Source: Balanoglossus misakiensis (Eukaryota > Animalia > Hemichordata). From it: 64,000 bases of DNA. The notes below the pieces were generated by a model. The model made no database searches and was not told the origin of the DNA. It saw nothing but the letters and a program-made list of their open reading frames with translations. Each line of letters opens with the position of its first letter. Positions within the stretch are counted from its first letter, which is position 1. A program made the position numbers and the translations under genes. Of the stretch, positions 1 to 13,662 are shown piece after piece. Location of the stretch: assembly GCA_040954595.2 (NCBI GenBank), contig CM082579.2:13207834-13271833 (forward strand), in the 5' to 3' direction.

Positions 1-2972
1 TAACTTATTGGACCATTCAAAAGTAAAATCATGAAAATATTTTTAAATTAATACCAGATTCACACAGGGCAAAATTCAAAATGTTTGAGAGACACTACTT
101 GCCTATGGTAAATACAGAGGATTAAACCTTTGATTTGCCTCTTGTCCACATACAACATTTATGTATAGGCACTATGGCTTGGCCCCATAGACAATAGGTT
201 GTTTAGAGGTATTAATCCTTACACCGGCGCAGGTTGTCAAAGCCGTCTCGAATCTGACACGTTTCAGCACCACTTGAACTGATAACAAATAATTATTTAT
301 GCAAGTATTTCATCTGAGACATTTTAGAAACGTATTAATGGTCCCTGTGTAACTCCCATATAAAATTGTGCTTAATTAAATTGGCAGTTTAATCAGTAAT
401 GCCCTGACAGTGGATCTGACTATAGAGAAAATTTTCACGTATTGTTGTCATGGATTCTGGTGGAGTGACCATGAGATAGGCAATAGACCTGTTATGCATG
501 AATGGATCACCAATTATGTATGAGGTGCATGTATATTTGATTTCAAGAAAAGAGTTTAAATAAATTTTGGACATCCCATGCCATATCACACTGTTCACTG
601 GCATGGACTAACAGAGTATGGGAGGGGGGGGAAGGCATTTCTTGAGCATAAATTGCACAATATAAAGGAGAGAGGTGGGAAAAGATTCCTCCATACACCT
701 GAAATTTTCTTTAAAGATAATTCTTTGCTTTGGCTAGATTATCAATGCATTGCATTTTGTTGCCATGCTATAGCAACCACCTGGCAATGAAAAATCACAT
801 ACAACCACCTGCCAAATGCCAAATCCTTGAATTTTATAATCGTGAAAATAAATTTCATCAACCATAAGGCCAAACTGCACTAATACCGTGTACAAAATAC
901 ATGAAAATGTTGACGTTGGATCCAACTTGTGTGAGTTTCAGTGCTCATTCATAGTTCACTGTTGAGGTACCCGATCATTGTAATAATGTCAGGGGATGCA
1001 GCATGAAAGAGGACGTCAACAAAATGAATGTAACTATGAGTAGAAAGGATGCCAACCCCCCCCCCCCCCACTTCAGTGTTTATATGAATCCTTCCATATT
1101 CATGACACAACCATTCTGGTCAGTTTTAATTATAGCAATCGTATCCAGAAACTACTTGCTTGCAAAGTTTTCTGCCCAAGGTTTTAAAAAGCTAGGTCCT
1201 GTACGTGCATGTACAACTCATTCAAAATAACATCACCATTGCATGATAGAACAGCCATACACAAATTCGTTAATAGATGCACACCTGCAGTATGATTACA
1301 ACCACACATGTACTCACTTTATCTACAGGTATATACATTTATGATCATTATATACAATTAATAGATGTTTGCTTCCCAAATTTACAGACCAAACATTTCA
1401 ATTTCTTAATTAAAAGCCAATAAATTCTGTACCTGCCAATAACCTCTGTTCCATTTCAATATCTACATGAATAAGAGCATAAAAAAGGTTAACATTAGGT
1501 GAATATTGAGATCTGGGAATGTATTGTATAGACTTCAAATGAGCAGAAGTCAGCCTCAAAGTTTTAAAAGATTTATTACACTGTCAAAGACTGAGTCCAT
1601 AACAAAGAAATGTGGGCGCGGTTTCTTGAATGAGAGGGCTCTTGGCAAGTTTGGGGTGGGGCTATGGAATATCCTCCCGCTGTCTGAGGATGACAGTTTT
1701 GACAATGTTTTGGTTTGGTCCTTAACTACAAGAATAAATTTCATGTATCTTGTTTTGTAAATAAAAGGATTGTTGCTAACCTCATCTGTTGGTGCCAACA
1801 GTTCTCTGAATCATGACTAGCATTTCATGACATAAGAACAACAACTAAGCGGATTCTACAAAACAACAACTGCACTGTGACTTCAAACAATCAATCAATC
1901 AAGCCTCTGCACACCTCTGAATAGTGAAACATTAAAAGGTAGGAGACAGCCAGCCAATATGCATTGCATGGTTATTATATTCCGTAGCCTTATACATAAA
2001 ATTTTGAGAAAACATACAATTCATTGTGTACGTACTGGAACATGTTGTATGCTCTGAAATCAACACAGAATGTCGGACCCCTGCCATTTCAAGGCGCATG
2101 ATCAGGCCCAGTTACAGAGTTAATTTATCTAAAATCTCCACATGCAGTTTTAAATTTTAATGGTTTGCCTTTTGCTAATAGAGCAGTGAAATTGATAACA
2201 TAGAGATATCTACCATAGATGGCCACTGTTTGTCAATACCGGTACTAGTATCTTGTTTGACTAAACTTTTGTTGCCCTTTCCTGATCAACTGGGCTATAT
2301 TGCCAAAATTAAATGTTGGAGAATTTGTGTGCTTCTTTAACACAGGATCCTACGTGTACAGTGAGCACATTATGCAACTTCTGGATCTATACAAGCCCCA
2401 AATATAATGTCATTGAAGCCCTAAGACTAGGAGCTGCCACTTGTTGCATTATTTTCATGATTTGACTTCCAACATAGATTGGTCCATCTAAATAAGCTTA
2501 CTGATAGGCATACATGAATATGTTACCGACGCCCGATTGTGGCTGTATGTTGCAATTTGAACAAGTGATATATTAAATAGGTGCCACATCTGTTCAATCA
2601 GCCTCTATAAAAAGAGTTCACAACTATTGTGGTACGCATCGCCAAGAGTTAATAAACAGAATCAAATGCAAATACAAGTAATGTGGATTAATGATGAAGA
2701 TTTTATATAAAAGGTAGAAGATTTGATTTTTGGAAAAATTTGAAAGTTGGCATTTCATGAGGCTTTCAGGGAATAATAGTACCTGAAGACTGGCGTTGTC
2801 ACCATTGTACATGCATTGACCAGCAGAATGTTGCTATAATTCCCAATGATTTGGCCAAAACTGGTTCCCTCTTAAATACTAGAAGGAAGGTATCAGTATG
2901 CATGTTCCTTGGTTGGTTAAATAAATTTTGATCAAAATTAAGGTAATATGTGCCTCAAAGTCAGATTTTAAG

Positions 2973-4196
2973 AATAATAATAATAATAATTTATTTATAT
3001 AGCGTCAGTATCCACTAAAATGTGATCAATGACGCTTAAAGCAAAAATACAATACAACAAATGGCTAAAAAACAGATTTAAAGAGTAAAGTTTTGACATT
3101 TGATTTAAAAACAGAAAAGTCTGGTGCCTGGTGAATGGTGAGTGGAAGATTATTCCAACGAATTGGAGCAGCAACAGTAAAAGCACGATCACCATAACTC
3201 CTGGTGCGTGATCGAACAGGGCAGAGTTTGAACTGATCAGCTGACCTTAAATTGCGACACGGAACATACAGATCAGTCATGTTAAAAAGATAGATTGGAC
3301 CAAGTTTATGAATGGATTTAAAAATGAGAACTAACATCTTAAAAACAACACGCTCTGTACAGGTAGCCAGTGCAACTGATACAAAATTGGAGTGATGTGA
3401 CAGGTGATTTTTGAACGAGTAACAATTCTAGCAGCAATATTCTGAACGCGTTGGATACGGTTGATTGAATACTTCGGGAGCCCAAATAAAAGTGAATTAC
3501 ATGAATCAATTCGAGAAGTAATGAATGCATGAACTAATTGCTCTGTAGCAGATTGAGATAAATATTTGCAATAAGTGCAATGCGACGTAAATGAAAAGTG
3601 GCAGAGCGGCAGATCTGTCCAATATGTGGCTTCATTGTCAGACAAGAGTCAAGGATCACTCCAAGGCTCTTAGCCTGACAATGGACGGGAATCAGAGAAT
3701 CGCCAACACGAATTTCTGAAATCCCTCTAGCAGACAGATCACCCGAAGTACCAGAGAAAATAACAAATTCAGTCTTATCATCGTTTAAGCACAAGAAGTT
3801 TTCAGACATCCAAAACCTAACATCGGATATACAAAGTTCAAAATTTGAAACAGTTCTTGCTGCGTTGTCTTTACAAAAAGACATAAAAAGGGAAGAGTCA
3901 TCTGCATAAAAACTATAAAGACAACCATGACTTTGAACTAATTCACCTAATGGAGACATGTACATATTGAAAAGTATGGGACCAAGAACTGATCCCTGTG
4001 GTACCCCAATGTCGAGCGGATAGAAAGGTGATTGAGTGGAATTTACAAGTATACACTGACTACGATTGGAAAGGTATGACTTAAACCACATGAGAACAGT
4101 ATCTGAGAGACCAAAGCGGTCTCTTAAGCGATTGAGTAAAATGGTATGGTTCACAGTGTCAAATGCTGCAGAAAGATCGAGTAATACCAAGAAAAT
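2973..4196 (-). mobile_element. 5'-truncated non-LTR retrotransposon (L2/CR1/Crack group) with (TAT)n 3' tail
   Basis: Minus-strand RT motifs LLDLSAAFDTVNH, GVPQGSVLGPILF and YADD. These are followed by the typical L2/CR1 C-terminus (LVHAFITSRIDSCNSLLFGLP, RIQRVQNIAAR, HITPILYQLHWLPV, YGDRAFTVAAPIRWNNLP, FKSNVKTLLF). (AAT)6 lies at 2973-2990. Confidence 0.93.
3065..4190 (-). pseudogene. Reverse transcriptase (ORF2) remnant, frameshifted across ORFs 3534-4190, 3331-3645 and 3065-3337
   Basis: Continuous ORF2 similarity is split over three ORFs. It starts in the middle of the RT domain and has no endonuclease domain. Confidence 0.9.
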
Positions 4197-6415
4197 CTCT
4201 CTTTTTTCAGAGCAAGCAAAATGTCAGAAGAAAGAGTGAAACTCCAAAGGTTTAAATTTTCTGATGCCTCTAAGTCTGTGATGAGTCTATTTGGAATGAA
4301 AGACCAAAACATGTTCGTCTTCTTATTTGTCGTCGCTACTTTAATTCTTATTTACTTTAAATTTAAGTTGATACAGAGATTGGTTGCAAACAACATTCTC
4401 CAGAAGTCTTTGAATGCATCCCATTCTTATCAATTTTAATCTTTAAAAAGTTATACAAATCGAGTTGATATACCAGTAATAGCAATTACCCCCCCCCATA
4501 TTGGCTTTGAAACCGAGAGTGTATCTCCGCCCCTGACAGAGTTTCGGGGGCAGGGTAAACCATACTTAACCCCCCCCCCCCTCCCCACCATGCACAAAAT
4601 CCCCGCTTACCCCCCCCCCCCCACCCCCGCCAATGATCATATTTTACACCAATAGGGATATGGATTTAAAGAATGGCGCAATCAGTGTGAATAACTGAAG
4701 TATAAAAATCAAAGTTAACAGAAGCGCACATTTTGTTGTTTATGGAACATACAGTGTAATTGGCTGGGAGGCTTCACGTGTCAGTAATTTGACGCCAATC
4801 AAACTAATCTTTAACGAAAGTCGCTGATCGAAGAAAGTACATTTGTAGCAATGTGTGTGACATGAATACAGTTGAATTCAATTTTTGGAACAATACTGAG
4901 AAAATTGTCAATCATAACAGATACTGGAGCTTTAACAATAATATTTGTTCACTTTATTTCTTGCTATTTCTCCCTTTTTATTATTTGCATTTAATCAGTA
5001 ATCAATTTATTCAGCTATTTATTGTTATCATAAACCAATTGTGTCCAGAAAATATGTAACTTTGTCCCCGTACAAGAAATTGCTTCCTGCACCCCTGAAA
5101 AAGTGAAAATGTGCAAATCTAAGCAACAAAATATCATTAAGGAAATTCAACTTTTTGGTGCATTTAATCTCTTTTATTTAGTACTGTCTTTATGAAATTA
5201 CAGTCTCTAGTGAGAGCAGAGCAGAGACACAGGAGAACAGAACTTTTGTCTCTTTTTTCGAGCGTCCACATCGCTTCATGTATTGCTGTGGCGTTAAAGT
5301 CGGCTGTTACAATAACATTGGTTGTGTAACAACGAACTACAAATTCTCACCAATAGTCATAAGCTTTTCCATGCCATCGTCAATGAAAACGGCACTGGTA
5401 TTCTGATTTGTAGATCATACGGCGGAGTTTGTATTCCCTGGAGAAAGTCGCTGCCGATCTTGGTATTGGGAACATAGTCGAATAATGGATTTTGATAACA
5501 GCGGTATGCCATCGAAGCCTGCTCTGTAGAAATATGTTTTGTCGGGACTGCAAAATCTGCCCGACACAAGTCCGACATTTGGCCGTCGTGCATTACCATG
5601 ATAAACATGACAAGGCAAAGTTGTGAAAAACCGACTTTGTCATCTCAAAAAAAACCTGCCGGTGTACATGATGCAGAATTCCGGCATGCCAGTCGAAACT
5701 TTCCCGGTACCATTTTGTTGATGGCGAATACCGTTTGCCACACGAAATTTCGACGTGTCATTTGTGAAGTCACAACAGACCTGGCTGTATGATGCGACAA
5801 TCTACGACAAGAATCACGTGGTTCTCAGTTGCATTTAAATTTTTATTCGTAATCTGCTCTTTAAAAACTGTATATCATGTTCTGACAGACTTCACCTTTA
5901 CCAGAAAATGCATTTAGTTAAATCGTATAGATTTTCGAAGTTCTAAGTATCAATCACAATTTCGGAAAAAAATGCATGGTTGTCTCTATACATGGTTTAT
6001 ATATATCTACCCAGTGCCCGTCAGTAGCCAAAACCACTTAACTGTGCAACCCGGTCGGGCATTTTTTTCTATCAAACACAAACAAAAATCTATTCATGGA
6101 TGCGTCAATGAAGCACGCCAAAACAGGATCCCAACCAATCACAACGATGTACTATTTCTGGCCATGTTACACCGATGTTTTTACGTGATATGGCGGCAGA
6201 TGTATGACCTGTCATACTGTCCCTACGTTCCAACAAGTCAGCTACTGACCGGAAAATTAATTTTTTGGTGAAAAAACATTTTATTGTTTATATTGTTTAA
6301 CGTTAAAATTTTACTCTGTCTCTGGGCATGCAAGCCTTACCCTATGTGCAGCGCAATATATTATTAGCATGCTTGTCGCACATCACCAATCAAGTATGCC
6401 TAGGTTGGCATTATA

Positions 6416-6507
6416 TGCAATAATTGAAGCATTGGTGGCCTAGTTGGGTGGCTAGATGGTGGGCCATCCAGCCACCCAACCAGCCCAACAAGGCTACAAT
6501 TATTGCA
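6416..6507. repeat. Long imperfect palindrome (44-bp arms, 4-nt loop), probable decayed foldback MITE
   Basis: TGCAATAATTG...GTTGGGTGGCTAGATGG tggg CCATCCAGCCACCCAAC...CAATTATTGCA, with 6 mismatches in 44 bp. Confidence 0.8.
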
Positions 6508-6657
6508 GCTAGGCAGGCATGGAATGTAAGGCTAATTGAATTCAATTACTCAGAATGACTATCCTCGAATCGTATAGCACAACGCAATTCGCTGATCGCG
6601 GTTTCGGCGGTCAAATCATAGAAAGCTCGTACAGCAATTTTGTAACCAATCCAATAA

Positions 6658-6840
6658 GGGACCGTTCAGTTTTTACGGCTGGGGGGGGGGGGGGGTTGGC
6701 AAGTTTGTGTCATCGGTTTTCAAAATCAGGCCAACCCCCCCCCCCTTCACCCAGGACCCAAAAAACGACGACACCCCCCCTTGACAGGCCTAACAATATG
6801 ATGACCCCCCCTCCTCTCCGAAAACATTCGCCGTCATGAT
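6658..6840. mobile_element. PIF/Harbinger-like MITE left end (partial)
   Basis: TAA|GGGACCGTTCAGTTTTTACGG followed by G and C tracts. It resembles the terminus of the element at 8918. No matching right TIR was found. Confidence 0.45.
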
Positions 6841-7036
6841 CCTATGTACACTGTATGCAATAAAGGGAATGAGGCTCCTCAACACGTCAATTATAATTTT
6901 CTTAAAGTAATTGAAGTATATAATAGTATATCGTTGCAATAAAGACATCTATGAATAAATGAATAAATTAAAATGACAAGTCAATACAATAGTTGGTAGG
7001 ATTGGTAAAGCAAGAAAAGTGTCGGGGTTGGGCGTG

Positions 7037-7500
7037 GGAGGGGGTGTCCCCCTCCCACATAAGAAAATTTTGTAAAATACGGTGCTCAAAGTTGCATTTT
7101 AATGAACTCAAAAGCAAATTAACTCAATGTTAGGGAGGAAATTTTTTTTAATTTTGCCACTCCACTCAAAGTAAGCATCGGGGATGGGGTGGCAAGAAGC
7201 GTGCCCTGGTACACTAGACAAACCAGCGAATAAATGCAATGTGGTGAAGAATGGAGGGGGTGTCCCCCTCCCACATAAGAATTTTTTTTGTAAAATACGG
7301 TGATCAAAGTTGCATTTTAACGAACTCAAAGGCATATTAACTCAATGTTGGCGAGGACAAATTTTAATGTTGACACTCCACTCAAAGTAAGCATCGGTGG
7401 GGTGGGGTGGCAAGTAGTCTGCCCTGGTACACTAGACAAACCAGCCAATAAATGAAATGTGGCGAAGAATGAAGGGGGTGGGTTCGGGAGGGGGTGTCCC
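7037..7500. repeat. Tandem repeat, about 216-235 bp x2 plus the start of a third copy
   Basis: GGAGGGGGTGTCCC occurs at 7037, 7253 and 7487. The shared body includes CACTCAAAGTAAGCATCGG and CCCTGGTACACTAGACAAACCAGC. Confidence 0.85.
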
Positions 7501-7922
7501 CAATCTGATTAAAATCAGATGTAGGGAACGGCGACGTGGTTTTTTATGCTGTCGCCTCACACTACATCTGACCAACTCTCACTGGAGCTCCCGTTGAAAT
7601 CGACGGGATTTACTGGGCGAATAAACCAATCAGAAGGCGCCTTATAGCAAACGATAGGCATCCCACAATCACATGACCTAGCCCCTTGGGTTGTTACCAT
7701 GGAGCCACCACAATCTGATTAAAATCAGATGTAGGGAACGGCGACTTGTTTTTTTTATGCTGTCGCCTCACACTACATCTGACCAACTCTCAATGGAGAT
7801 CCCGCTGAACTCTACGAGATTTACTGGGAATATAAACCAATCAGAAGGCGCCTTATAGCAAATGATAGGCAACCCACAATCACATGACCTGGCCCCTTGC
7901 GGTTGTTACCATGGAGCTACCA
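7501..7922. repeat. Tandem duplication, about 210 bp x2
   Basis: CAATCTGATTAAAATCAGATGTAGGGAACGGCGAC occurs at 7501 and 7711. Both copies end GTTGTTACCATGGAGCYACCA. Confidence 0.92.
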
Positions 7923-8917
7923 CAGACATATATCCCGGGCGCGAGAGTCGAATCAGCGTGGGGAATGGTTTCGAGCCAGTTCAGCGTGACGACTGAACCT
8001 CTATATTCCACCGGTCAACGAAATGTATAAGACGTGGCAACAAGTCGCAGTAAAATTGTTAGACAATCGATTAAATTTGTGTAAGGCCGTCCCAGGGAGA
8101 GATTCTGTCGCCACGATCGTTTGTATACACCAGCAGAGTGTACCGACCGACTGCACAGTGCACTGATTTGACTAGCTCTGCGTGCAGGTCTGTGTGTTCC
8201 CGGCGTTACACGGACGGTAGAAGAAGTTAAACGCATCATATTTGGGGTCGGTTGAAGTAATAAGGGAAAGGATTTTGCTTCGATAAAATCGAATTTCGAC
8301 AGAAAAAGCTGCGGTCGGGCGTCCGGGTCCGGACCGCAGGCGCACCAGTTTTGTCTATGGGGCCTTATGCAGGGCTGTGGTGCGTCGGGAACACACATAC
8401 CTGAACGCGGAGCTATGACTTGACATTCCTTAGCCGAAGTTAGTGTTCTTTTTAAAAATCTGTCACATAAATTGTTTTGGGATACATGGCAGTGAAATTT
8501 GGTTTATTTTTTATAAACTTTTACATGAAGTACGTCATTTTCCCCGACTGGCAGCATGACTACGAGGGCGAACATGACGACTTGTTAGGAGAGCGCCAGG
8601 CTTATAAATTCCGGCAAACATTATTTGGGCGATACCATTTTGTGGTAGGTATCACTACACGCCAGTCATGCAAACATGCACTGGCTGGCCTTCGGATTAC
8701 TACTACGGTCTCACTTGTTGCAAAAATCGAACGGTTTTAGCCGGTAAACACAGATGGATTAACTCTTAAATCTATCCTGCGCCCAAACGCGCTCCAGTCG
8801 GTTTAGTCATTGTTTATGTAAAAGGAAATGCAAAATGTAGCAGAAGCTTCATATAACATAATATAGAATACACAAACAGACAGACAAATAAACAAGCAAA
8901 CAAACAAACAAAAGTTA

Positions 8918-9174
8918 GGGACTGTTCAGATTTTACTTCCAGGGTGGGGCCGGAGGATTTTTTATTTTCCTGGTGATTGTTTTTTCCATGGACGTACCCC
9001 CAGTAAATTGTGGAGGAAATCTGTTGTACCCCTTAAATTTCCTGGGGTTTTTCCATGGTCCCCCCAAAAGGATTGTGATTTTTATGTCTATTCCTCCCTA
9101 AATTGTTCTTGGAGAAAATGGGCGGTCCCTCCTGAAAATCCTCCGCCCCCCGGAAGTAAATCCCGAACAGTCCC
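8918..9174. mobile_element. MITE with about 35-bp imperfect TIRs, PIF/Harbinger-like
   Basis: Left end GGGACTGTTCAGATTTTACTTCC..GGAGGATTTT; right end AAAATCCTCC..GGAAGTAAATCCCGAACAGTCCC. TTA lies on the left, but the right TSD is not preserved. Confidence 0.7.
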
Positions 9175-10241
9175 AGCTAGCACCCTTGCTTCACTGCCAG
9201 AGGAGCGACAGCATCAACAAAATGCAGATACACAAGAAATAAGCAGTATATTCCACAAGTGAAGAATCCCAGTTACAGACGTTACGAACAAACAAACTAC
9301 CAACAACAAAGCTGGTCTCTGTTACCCATTCGCCTTTGCAAAGGCATCTGGGTAACCAAGACTACAACAAAGCAAGAAAAGGGTCAAGCGTCGTCAAAGA
9401 AAACGTAAAAAATCCAGCATGGGTGGTAAAAGTTATTGGTATAAAACGAATAGGGCCTTCTAGAAATGACGTCTCAGACCCGCAAATGCCACCAGAACAC
9501 AAAACTTATGTACAGTATAAGCCGGTTGTTGTATGGAGCAGCAATAATCTGCGGTTGGGCCGTCGTAGATTTTCGTTGGTGGTGAAAATAAAATAAAAAA
9601 CGCGATCAAGGCTCAATTTTATTCCGGATCACATGCGGTTACGGCCAGAAGAGAGCATCAAAGTCTTCAAATGACCATGTGGTGGCGCACTTTTTTCGAT
9701 TGGCTGTATTTCAATTTGTCCGTGGTAAATTTAATTTTTGCAGGTGACTGGCACGGAAACTCTTAGCAAGGTTGAGGTAGGATGAAAAAATGCCCCATTG
9801 ACTCATTTTGGCTATTTTAAAATATGCAGTTTCATGGGGATGGACTACTCGACTATCCCAGAGGGGTATGGAAAATTGAGACTAGGGTGGACTTTTTACC
9901 AGATGTCTCCGTAAAATAGACTTTTATTTCATATCCCAAAAATGAGGTGATGTTCTCACCTGCTTTTCCCCCGACGATTTTTTCATGTCTTCTTGAGATC
10001 AAAACACTACATGAAACACTACATATACATTTTGTGAGTTGTCTTTTTTCGTTTTATGTTGGCATTAATTCAATCAGAATTTTTAATTCCTGTATTGTAA
10101 AAAGCTTGGGTTTTATGTTTCAGTTGCAGAGTGCTTAAATTTGGACAATATGCTCGACTTGCGTGGCAATTCTGCAAATATATTTGAATTATTCTTTGGG
10201 ATCCCCATCTATATTGTGTAATGCAATGAGTTGCGACCGTC

Positions 10242-13200
10242 ATTGGTTTGGACATGAGTTTGTTGTTTGCTGTTTGGTTGGTCATGGAGCAACAGTCATG
10301 GAGCAACACGTAACATTGCCTGGGGTGTTCAATTCTGTAAATGGCATGAGATAGTTGCATGTACCCGAGTCTAGTGAAACATCGTTTTTGGCGATGTGGA
10401 TTTCATTATTGCGTGACTGTGCGGTGGGTCTCGATTCGTTCCTGTCAGACAGCCCAACAAGGACATACGCTTGACGTGCCTTAAAGGTATACGGTAACCT
10501 ATGCAAATTTAGCTACAGTTACCATGGCAAATTGAGATACAGCCAATCACAAATATTCAGGAGGTGGCACACGCGACAATAAGAGCGCCACCATTTGTTC
10601 TTTAGAACACTAGGATACGCAAGCCATTTATGGACATATGCAAATTGGAGGTGATCGGCTGAAAATACTCCCATTGCGCATTGCTTATAGATATTTTAGG
10701 TCGACCCCGGTGTAGTCTACTCCAATAGAAATGAAGAAAGTAAATATAAGATTACCGCCCGAAGTCTCAAACGTGAAAGCTATTTCAGTGGCACTACAGT
10801 GGATAAACATTTAATCCGTGTATACTTCATGAAACTGAATCAGATAACTTTTATTCAAACCAAATAAATGAAACATATGAAGAGAGGCCTATCTTGATTA
10901 AACACATAAATCTGATATTTTATCATATTAGGTAACTCAATATTTTACACTTGACGTATTTTACCAATAACACAATGTTTCAGCGAACCCGTCAGGAGCA
11001 ACTTTAGCAGAATACATTTCCTTGATTTACGTTACATGGTTTAATTCGAGAGACATTTCTCAATAAAATCAAAAGTCACAGTTCATATTTTTTATAGAAA
11101 CGGTCCAATTTGTCGAGTGCGCACTGACAAGACATGCATCGTGCATAGACCACTACGCGGATAGGGTATCTGCAATGCATGATGGTATAATTTGCGTTCA
11201 ACATAGCGTCTACTGCATGGCTAATGCACTCGCTCAGAACGCAAACTATCCCACAACACCCTGTGTTATGCTATCCGCGAAGTGGTCCATGGCAGTGACA
11301 ACAATTCCTATAGAGCAGTTAAGAAATAAACCGGCCGGCCGTAAATTCATTGGCTGTATTTTTTGTATTTATTTGATTTGAAAGGTCGCGTTTTCCCTGT
11401 TGCATGCGATTAGTTCAGGGCCAGTTTCAGCAGTGCTCTATTGAGTACTTTCGTTTCGATGGATTGAGCTCTCGTCCAATCAGAATGGCGGATGGTAGCA
11501 TGATCTGACATATTGCGTATTGCAATAGGCCTTCCCCAGATAGGTCAGAACGGAGAGGTCATTCCCCTGAGCTTCTTTGTCTTTTCTATTATTTTTTGAC
11601 AAATGCGGATTGACGTTCCGTTTCTACATGGCCATGACTGATATTTATTTACGTTTCATAGCGTAAGCGCTTGCTATTCGTTTCGCAATTGTTTTCGTAG
11701 TACAAACAAATTGAAGAAGACGAAATATATTATCTATGTCCCTAATGAGATAATCGGGGTTACATAATCGCACTTCCAAAGAACGCCGTGACAGAATTCA
11801 TCAGTTGGCGAGGCGCATTCTCCACCCGCACACAATTGGTTTGGACATGAGTTTGTTGTTTGCTGTTTGGTTGGTCATGGAGCAACAGTCATGGAGCAAC
11901 ACGTAACATTGCCTGGGGTGTTCAATTCTGTAAATGCCATGAGATAGTTGCATGTACCCGAGTCTAGTGAAACATCGTTTTTGGCGATGTGGATTTCATT
12001 ATTGCGTGACTGTGCGGTGGGTCTCGATTCGTTCCTGTCAGACAGCCCAACAAGGACATACGCTTGACGTGCCTTAAAGGTATACGGTAACCTATGCAAA
12101 TTTAGCTACTGTTACCATGGCAAATTGAGATACAGCCAATCACAGATATTCAGAAGGTGGCACACGCGACAATAAGAGCGCCACCATTTGTTCTTTAGAA
12201 CACTAGGATACGCAAGTTTAGCCATTTATGGACATATGCAAATTGGAGGGGATCGTGTATTAAGTTGTAGACTTTGTCCGACATCGTCCGGTCATCACGG
12301 CTGAAATACTCCCTTTGCGCATTGCTTATAGATATTTTAGGTCGACCCCGGTGTAGTCTACTCCAATAGAAATGAAGAAAGTAAATATAAGATTACCGCC
12401 CGAAGTCTCAAACGTGAAAGCCATTTCAGTGGCACTACAGTGGATAAACATTTAATCCGTGTATACTTCATGAAACTGAATCAGATAACTTTTATTCAAA
12501 CAAAATAAATGAAACATATGAAGAGAGGCCTATCTTGATTAAACAATAAATCTGATATTTTATCATATTAGGTAACTCAATATTTTACACTTGACGTATT
12601 TTACCAATAACACAATGTTTCAGCGAACCCGTCAGGAGCAACTTTAGCAGAATACATTTCCTTGATTTACGTTACATGGTCTTAATTCGAGAGACATTTC
12701 TCAATAAAATCAAAAGTCACAGTTCATATTTTTTATAGAAACGGTCCAATTTGTCGAGTGCGCACTGACAAGACATGCATCGTGCATAGACCACTACGCG
12801 GATAGGGTATCTGCAATGCATGATGGTATAATTTGCGTTCAACATAGCGTCTACTGCATGGCTAATGCACGTGCTCAGAACGCAAACTATCCCACAACAC
12901 CCTGTGTTATGCTATCCGCGAAGTGGTCCATGGCAGTGACAACAATTCCTATAGCGCAGTTAAGAAATAAACCGGCCGGCCGTAAATTCATTGGCTGTAT
13001 TTTTTGTATTTATTTGATTTGAAAGGTCGCGTTTTCCCTGTTGCATGCGATTAGTTCAGGGCCAGTTTCAGCAGTGCTCTATTGAGTACTTTCGTATCGA
13101 TGGATTGAGCTCTCGTCCAATCAGAATGGCGGATGGTAGCATGATCTGACATATTGCGTATTGCAATAGGCCTTCCCCAGATAGGTGAGAACGGAGAGGT

Positions 13201-13470
13201 CATTCCCCTCAGCTTCTTTGTCTTTTCTCTTATTTTTTGACAAATGCGGATTGACGTTCCGTTTCTACATGGCCATGACTGATATTTATTTACGTTTCAT
13301 AGCGTAAGCGCTTGCTATTCGTTTCGCAATTGTTTTCGTAGTACAAACAAATTGAAGAAGACGAAATATATTATCTATGTCCCTATGTGGGGTTACATAA
13401 TCGCACTTCCAAAGAACGCCGTGACAGAGAATTCATCAGTTGGCGAGGCGCATTCTCCACCCGCACACAA
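10242..13470. repeat. Recent head-to-tail duplication of about 1.6 kb (about 10242-11834 and 11835-13470)
   Basis: Both copies start ATTGGTTTGGACATGAGTTTG and end CCACCCGCACACAA. ORF pairs are near identical (10282/11875 and 11175/12816). Copy 2 has about 40 extra bp near 12256-12297. Confidence 0.95.
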
Positions 13471-13610
13471 ACGTTGCACTGCATACTTTGACTAATTAGA
13501 ATGCGAAAGCAAGATTCTGATTGAGTAGTAACTAATTTGCATAATTGACGAGCAGGTGCTGCCTCGTTCTCGTACCGCTGACCGTTGCATTTGAAAAATC
13601 ATTGCAGCTT

Positions 13611-13662
13611 CGACGTTCATCAAGCATGGAGGTCCCGGTCGCCTCCATGCTTGATGATGTCG
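13611..13662. other. Hairpin with 16-bp perfect stem (about 21 bp with one bulge) and 9-nt loop
   Basis: CGACGT TCATCAAGCATGGAGG tcccggtcg CCTCCATGCTTGATGA TGTCG. Confidence 0.85.

Noticed and set aside
5270-5840. CpG-rich segment that may be a MITE
   Set aside because: No convincing TIR pair or TSD could be defined by eye.
7921-8360. P-like element with CACAGACA / TGTCTATG ends
   Set aside because: Only about 8 bp of imperfect terminal match and no TSD.
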